From Acidobacteriota bacterium (GTDB taxonomy: Bacteria > Acidobacteriota > UBA6911 > RPQK01 > JAJDTT01), in NCBI GenBank assembly GCA_965263035.1, contig OZ253580.1, forward strand, positions 5,152,001-5,216,000: DNA of 64,000 nucleotides, in the 5' to 3' direction. The translations under genes were made by a program, and so were the position numbers. The notes below the pieces were generated by a model. The model saw only the letters and a program-made list of their open reading frames with translations. It made no database searches and was not told the origin of the DNA. Shown piece after piece: positions 59,207 through 64,000 of the stretch (position 1 is its first letter; each line of letters begins with the position of its first letter).

Positions 59207-59561
59207 GAAAGAGGAAATCAGGAAAGAGGAAAGAGTGAAGAGGGAGTGTCGGGAGGCCGCGGCCGTGGCTGCGTCACATTCCGGCTCTTTGGCGCGGATA
59301 TTGCGGCAGCGGAAGTAGATTCGTCGAGGTGGCTACGGAGCCGGCGGATACTGGACATGATCGTTTCCCGTTGTCCGCTCAACTGCCCAAACAGCTTCTC
59401 TCCTCTCTTTCCTCTTCTAAGAAACAAGGAGGGGCGACTTCCAGTCGCCCATTCCTCCATGCTCCACCGGAGTTCGGCGGTTGGAAACCGGCGCTCCTAC
59501 CCTTTTTCTACCGGGCGTCCGCCGGACCGGGCCGGTGGGGGAGCTTTTCTCTTTCCTCGTC

Positions 59562-60446
59562 TCAGACTTGGACTACGGGATTCTCCAGGATTCCGATTCC
59601 TTCGATTTCGATTCTGACCAGATCTCCCGCCTGAAGGGTGAATTCCTGGTGCGGGACGATTCCGGTCCCGGTCAGGACCACCGTCCCATCGGGCACCGGG
59701 TTGTGCCGCGTGAGGAAGCCGGCCAGCTCCTGGCAGGTTCTGACCATCCGGGAGGTGGAGGTCTCCCCCGTGAAGACGCGGTCGCCGTCGCGGAAAATTT
59801 CGCAGGTGACGGTGAGGTTGTGGGGATCGGGAACGGACTCGGGGCTCACGATGCAGGGGCCGATGGAGCAGCAGCGGCGGTAGATCTTGGCCTGGGGAAT
59901 GTAGAGGGGGTTGGCACCCTCGATGGCACGGCTGCTCACGTCATTGCCTGCGGTATATCCGGTGATCCGTCCGTCGTGGAGGATGAACGCCAGCTCCGCT
60001 TCCGGCACGTCCCAACCGGAATCCCCCCGGACGCCGACGGCCTCTCCGGGACCCACGCAACGGGCCGGGGTCGCTTTGAGAAAGATCTCGGGGCGTTCGG
60101 CTCTGTAGACCTTGGCGTACGGGTCGGGGGTTTCGCTTTCCCGCTGCCGCTCATCCCGGCTCTTGCGATAGGTGACGCCGGCCGCCCAGACTTCCGGGGG
60201 AACCAGTGGCCGGCCCAGCCGTAGACCCTGCCGGCTCAGCGTCCCGGACGAAACCTGCCGCTCACCGTTTCGCAGCAGACTCCCGACGAGGTCGTCCACG
60301 CTTTTGCCCATCAGACGGGACCAGCCAACCAGATCGGAGAACTCCCGGATCGGTGAATCATGAGTCAGGTCGAACAGCTTCCCCGGCTCTCCTTCCGCAA
60401 TGAGGCGGGGATCACCATTGGCATTCAGATAGCGGAAGAATTTCAT
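59562..60446 (-). CDS. FAH-family protein, 2-keto-3-deoxy-pentonate dehydratase-like
   Basis: EVWAAGVTY, VYRAERPEIFLKAT, VPEAELA, GNDVSSRAIEGANPLYIPQAK, TGTGIVP. Confidence 0.9.
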   Translation of the reverse strand: MKFFRYLNANGDPRLIAEGEPGKLFDLTHDSPIREFSDLVGWSRLMGKSVDDLVGSLLRNGERQVSSGTLSRQGLRLGRPLVPPEVWAAGVTYRKSRDERQRESETPDPYAKVYRAERPEIFLKATPARCVGPGEAVGVRGDSGWDVPEAELAFILHDGRITGYTAGNDVSSRAIEGANPLYIPQAKIYRRCCSIGPCIVSPESVPDPHNLTVTCEIFRDGDRVFTGETSTSRMVRTCQELAGFLTRHNPVPDGTVVLTGTGIVPHQEFTLQAGDLVRIEIEGIGILENPVVQV

Positions 60447-60630
60447 GGGCGACTCCTTTGTAATCCCGGGCGGCCGTTTCCCGCCCGAGGCTGATAATCT
60501 CACACGTTGCGGGACCGGTAAGCAACTGGACTTTTCGCAGGTTCTTGGTGGACCATGTCGGCGGCGCCGGGATTTGGCGTTCGGGCCGATTGGCCGTTGG
60601 TGAGGCAGGTCCGGTTCGGAGGGTATCGAG

Positions 60631-62130
60631 ATGAGCGCATCCCAGGAGTGGTTTGACAAGCAGAGCAGGGAACTTGTCCATCTGGCGAGCATTCTGGAGA
60701 TGCTCGGCTGGGACCAGGAGACCACCATGCCTTCGAGTGGAGCCGGTGCCCGGGCCCAACAGAGTGCCTCCCTGGCGGCCCTGTATCATCAGAGGCTCAC
60801 TCGGCCCCGTTGGTCCGAGGTTTTGGACGAGCTCGAGTCCAGGGAACAGGACGAGTGGACGGGGGCGGCTGTCCGGGAGATGAGGCGGAAATACGACCGG
60901 GCGACGCGCATCCCCGAGGCTCTGGTCCGGGAAATGGCGGAAACGGCATCGCTGGGATACGAGGCCTGGGTCGCGGCCCGGAAGGAGTCGGATTTCGAGG
61001 GGTTCCGCCCCTGGCTGGAGCGTATCCTGCGCCTGAAGCGGCAGGAGGCCGCCTGTCTGGCGACCGGTGACTGTCTCTACGACGCGCTGCTGGACGACTA
61101 TGAGCCGGGGATGACCACCCGCCGGCTGGACCCTGTTTTCTCCCGGCTGCGGCCGCAGTTGACGCGGTTGCTGGGCAGGATTCAGGAGGCCTCCCATCAG
61201 CCTCCGGCTGAACTGCTCACCGGACACTACCCCAGGTCCGCGCAGGAGGCGTTCGGACGAAGCGTCCTGGCCACCATTGGGTTCGATTGGAAGGCGGGCC
61301 GGCTGGACGTCTCCCCTCATCCCTTCTGTTGTGGTTTTTCTCCCCAGGACGTACGCATCACGACCCGATACGGGGAAGACAATTTCGTCTCCTCCTTCTT
61401 CGGCATCGTCCACGAAGGCGGACACGCCCTCTACGAACAGGGACTGGGCGGGGACCGCTATGGTTCCGCCGCCTGCCAGTCCATCTCTCTGGGCATTCAC
61501 GAGTCCCAGTCCCGGCTCTGGGAAAACCAGGTGGCCCGAAGCCGGCCCTTCTGGGAATATTGGTATCCGCGACTCCGCAAGACCTTTCCCGGCCAGTTGG
61601 ACACGGTGCCGCTGGAGTCTTTCCTGAGGGGAGTCAATCGAGTCGAGGCGAGCCTGATCCGCGTCGAAGCGGACGAGGTCACGTACGGTTTGCACATCAT
61701 TTTGCGCTACGAACTGGAAAAGGCCCTTCTGGACCAGGATCTCCCGGTTTCGGACCTGGAAGGGATCTGGGTCGAACGCATGAGGGATTACCTGGGGGTG
61801 GTTCCCGGCAACGCCGCCGACGGAGTGCTCCAGGACACCCACTGGTCCCATGGGCTCGTCGGCTATTTCCCCACTTACCTGCTGGGGAACCTGTATGCGG
61901 CGCAGATCTATGCCCGGGCGCGCCAAATTTTCCCCGGCCTGGACACACAGTTCTCTGCCGGACAGTATCTTCCCTTGAGGGAATGGCTGCGGGAGCAGAT
62001 CCACCGGAAGGGAAGAACCCGTACGGCCGGCGAGTTGATTATGGAGATCAGCGGAGAGCCTTTGGATTCTCGATACCTGCTGAGTTACCTGGAGGAGAAG
62101 TTCTCTCGGCTGTACCAACTGAGCGGGTGA
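60631..62130 (+). CDS. Carboxypeptidase M32 (Taq family)
   Basis: HPF, DVRITT, HEGGHALYEQ, HESQSRLWEN, IRVEADE, QDTHW, GYFPTY. Confidence 0.95.
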   Translation: MSASQEWFDKQSRELVHLASILEMLGWDQETTMPSSGAGARAQQSASLAALYHQRLTRPRWSEVLDELESREQDEWTGAAVREMRRKYDRATRIPEALVREMAETASLGYEAWVAARKESDFEGFRPWLERILRLKRQEAACLATGDCLYDALLDDYEPGMTTRRLDPVFSRLRPQLTRLLGRIQEASHQPPAELLTGHYPRSAQEAFGRSVLATIGFDWKAGRLDVSPHPFCCGFSPQDVRITTRYGEDNFVSSFFGIVHEGGHALYEQGLGGDRYGSAACQSISLGIHESQSRLWENQVARSRPFWEYWYPRLRKTFPGQLDTVPLESFLRGVNRVEASLIRVEADEVTYGLHIILRYELEKALLDQDLPVSDLEGIWVERMRDYLGVVPGNAADGVLQDTHWSHGLVGYFPTYLLGNLYAAQIYARARQIFPGLDTQFSAGQYLPLREWLREQIHRKGRTRTAGELIMEISGEPLDSRYLLSYLEEKFSRLYQLSG

Positions 62131-62159
62131 GGAAACCCGTTCCGTGAGGATGGAATCCC

Positions 62160-63587
62160 ATGCACAAGGAGGAGTTCAGACGACGCTTGGCGGGCATCGT
62201 GGGTGAGGACAAGGTCCAGTTCCACCCCTCCGAACTGGTGGTCTACGAATGTGACGCCCTGATCTTTCACCGGCGGCCACCCGATTTCGTGGTCTATCCG
62301 TCTACACCGCAACAGATCCAGGAGATCGTTCGGCTCGCCTACGCCAACGACGTTCCCTACCTTCCGCGAGGCGCCGGAACCAGTCTCAGCGGCGGCGCCA
62401 TTCCCATCAGGGGAGGAATTCTGATCCAGCTCTCCCATCTGAACCGGATCCTCGAGGTCAATGCCCAGGGGCGTTACGCCGTGGTCGAGCCCGGTGTCAT
62501 CAATCTGGAGCTCTCGGAACGGGTCAAGTCGATGGGCCTCTACTTTGCACCCGACCCTTCCAGCCAGAGTACCTGCACCGTTGGCGGCAACATCGGCGCC
62601 AACGCCGGAGGTCCGCACTGCCTCAAATATGGCACCACGGTCCTCCACGTCCTGGCTGCCGAGGTGGTGACCCCGGAGGGAGACCTGGTGCAGTTGGGGA
62701 GTCCTCAGGGCGAGAGCGCCGGCTTCGACTTGACGGGACTCTTCACCGGGAGCGAAGGAACCCTGGGAATTCTGACCAAGGCCTGGGTCCGGCTGCTTCC
62801 AATCCCGGAGCAGGTCAAGACCTTCCTGGCCGACTTCACCAGTATGGCGGACGCCACCCGCGCGGTGAGCGACATCATCGCCCGCGGCATCATTCCGGCT
62901 GCCATGGAGATCATCGACCAACTGACGATCCAGGCGGTGGAAGACTCCCACTATGCTGCCGGCTATCCCACCGACGCGGCGGCCGTGCTGTTGGTGGAGC
63001 TGGACGGTTTGGAATGCGAGATCGAAGACACCGAAGATCTCATCCACCAATTTCTCAAGAAAAACGGAGCCCGGGAGGTTCGGGTGGCTCGCGACGAGGC
63101 GGAGCGGGACAAGCTCTGGGCCGGACGGAAGAAAGCCTACGGCGCCTTTGGGCGGCTGGCCAAGAATTTCTACCTGCAGGACACGGTGGTTCCCCGGACC
63201 CGCCTGACCGAAGTGCTGGAGAAGATTTATGCCATCGCGGACAAGTACGACTTTTCGGTGATCAACGTCTTCCATGCCGGTGACGGCAACCTCCATCCCA
63301 TGCTTCCGTACGACGCCGGTGACCCCGAGGACGTGGCGCGGGTTCTGAAGGCCGCCGAGGAGATGGTCCGGGCTTCCATCGAAGCCGGAGGATCGCTCAG
63401 CGGGGAACACGGGGTGGGCCTGGAAAAGAGAGATCTCATGCCCTATCTGTTCTCGGATGACGACCTGGACGTGATGCGCGACATCCGGCGTCTCTTCGAT
63501 CCCAAGCAGCTCTGCAATCCGGAAAAGATCCTGCCCACCACCAAAGTCTGCATGGAGTTCCGGGAAAAGGGCGCCTTCATGCTCTAG
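62160..63587 (+). CDS. glcD: FAD-linked oxidase, glycolate oxidase subunit GlcD-like
   Basis: PRGAGTSLSGG, APDPSSQ, GGPHCLKYG, GSEGTLG, HAGDGNLHP, GEHGVG. Confidence 0.88.
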   Translation: MHKEEFRRRLAGIVGEDKVQFHPSELVVYECDALIFHRRPPDFVVYPSTPQQIQEIVRLAYANDVPYLPRGAGTSLSGGAIPIRGGILIQLSHLNRILEVNAQGRYAVVEPGVINLELSERVKSMGLYFAPDPSSQSTCTVGGNIGANAGGPHCLKYGTTVLHVLAAEVVTPEGDLVQLGSPQGESAGFDLTGLFTGSEGTLGILTKAWVRLLPIPEQVKTFLADFTSMADATRAVSDIIARGIIPAAMEIIDQLTIQAVEDSHYAAGYPTDAAAVLLVELDGLECEIEDTEDLIHQFLKKNGAREVRVARDEAERDKLWAGRKKAYGAFGRLAKNFYLQDTVVPRTRLTEVLEKIYAIADKYDFSVINVFHAGDGNLHPMLPYDAGDPEDVARVLKAAEEMVRASIEAGGSLSGEHGVGLEKRDLMPYLFSDDDLDVMRDIRRLFDPKQLCNPEKILPTTKVCMEFREKGAFML

Positions 63588-63595
63588 CAATCCAG

Positions 63596-63754
63596 GAGTC
63601 TGCGCGGTAGAAATGATCGTAGCGAGAAAGTGGGGAATCGAGGCCGGATTTTCTCGATTTGGAGGTGCATAGTTGTTCTATTCGCCGAGAAATCGAGGAA
63701 ATATGGACCGATTCTACCGCTTTCGCAGTAGCTCAATTTCTGCGGCGCAGGCTG
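63596..63754. mobile_element. 159-bp long-hairpin MITE, family B
   Basis: Ends GAGTCTGCGCGGTAGAAAT / ATTTCTGCGGCGCAGGCTG, nested internal inverted repeats, flanks CCAG/CTAG. Confidence 0.7.
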
Positions 63755-64000
63755 CTAGGCCTTTCTATTGAAGATCCCCAGTATCAACGTTCGATTGCCA
63801 CGGCGTTTCTCGTCACGATTTCGCGAGATTCACAGGTTTCGCTTTACCGTCCGATTGCTTCCGGTTCTGCTGGGACTCTGGTTCCTGTGCGCCTGCGGCG
63901 AATCGGCCCAGGCTCCGTCCGCAGGCTCCCGCCCGACGCTGCGTCTCGGCAGTGACCGGCTCTTCGGAGAGCCCTATCTGGGCTGGGTCGAAGGGAAGGC

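Overview
High-GC bacterial window. Gene content suggests Acidobacteriota, possibly a host (sponge-type) symbiont; this is inference from the Oar-like TonB receptor, the Planctomycete-type DUF1501/DUF1553/cytochrome c-WD40/PPC operon and a secreted LRR protein. Housekeeping and catabolic genes (sialidase-like propeller, tandem M19 dipeptidase-like lipoproteins, M16 and M32 peptidases, CreD, ECF sigma operon, a reduced ebo cluster, SDR, FAH-family enzymes, GlcD-like oxidase) are mixed with many mobile elements. The centre (26.6-33.7 kb) holds a repeat-delimited array of toxin-antitoxin cassettes followed by a four-level nest: REP hairpin > ORF-less group IIC intron > IS21 > a 2.58-kb large-serine-recombinase element inserted in the Walker A codons of istB. 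The main observation is that this element's first gene has no start codon when integrated. Joining the two element ends (circularisation) fuses an RBS+ATG from the right end in frame to the headless ORF at the left end, giving a 160-aa protein that exists only in the excised circle, and excision also restores istB exactly. Other features: a DUF262+HEPN defence-like pair, an IS1380 splitting the LRR gene, an IS630 inside the ebo cluster, and two ~158-bp MITE families, one copy inserted in frame into a signal peptide. No rRNA, tRNA, CRISPR array or reverse transcriptase was seen. All family assignments come from motif recognition by eye, not database searches.
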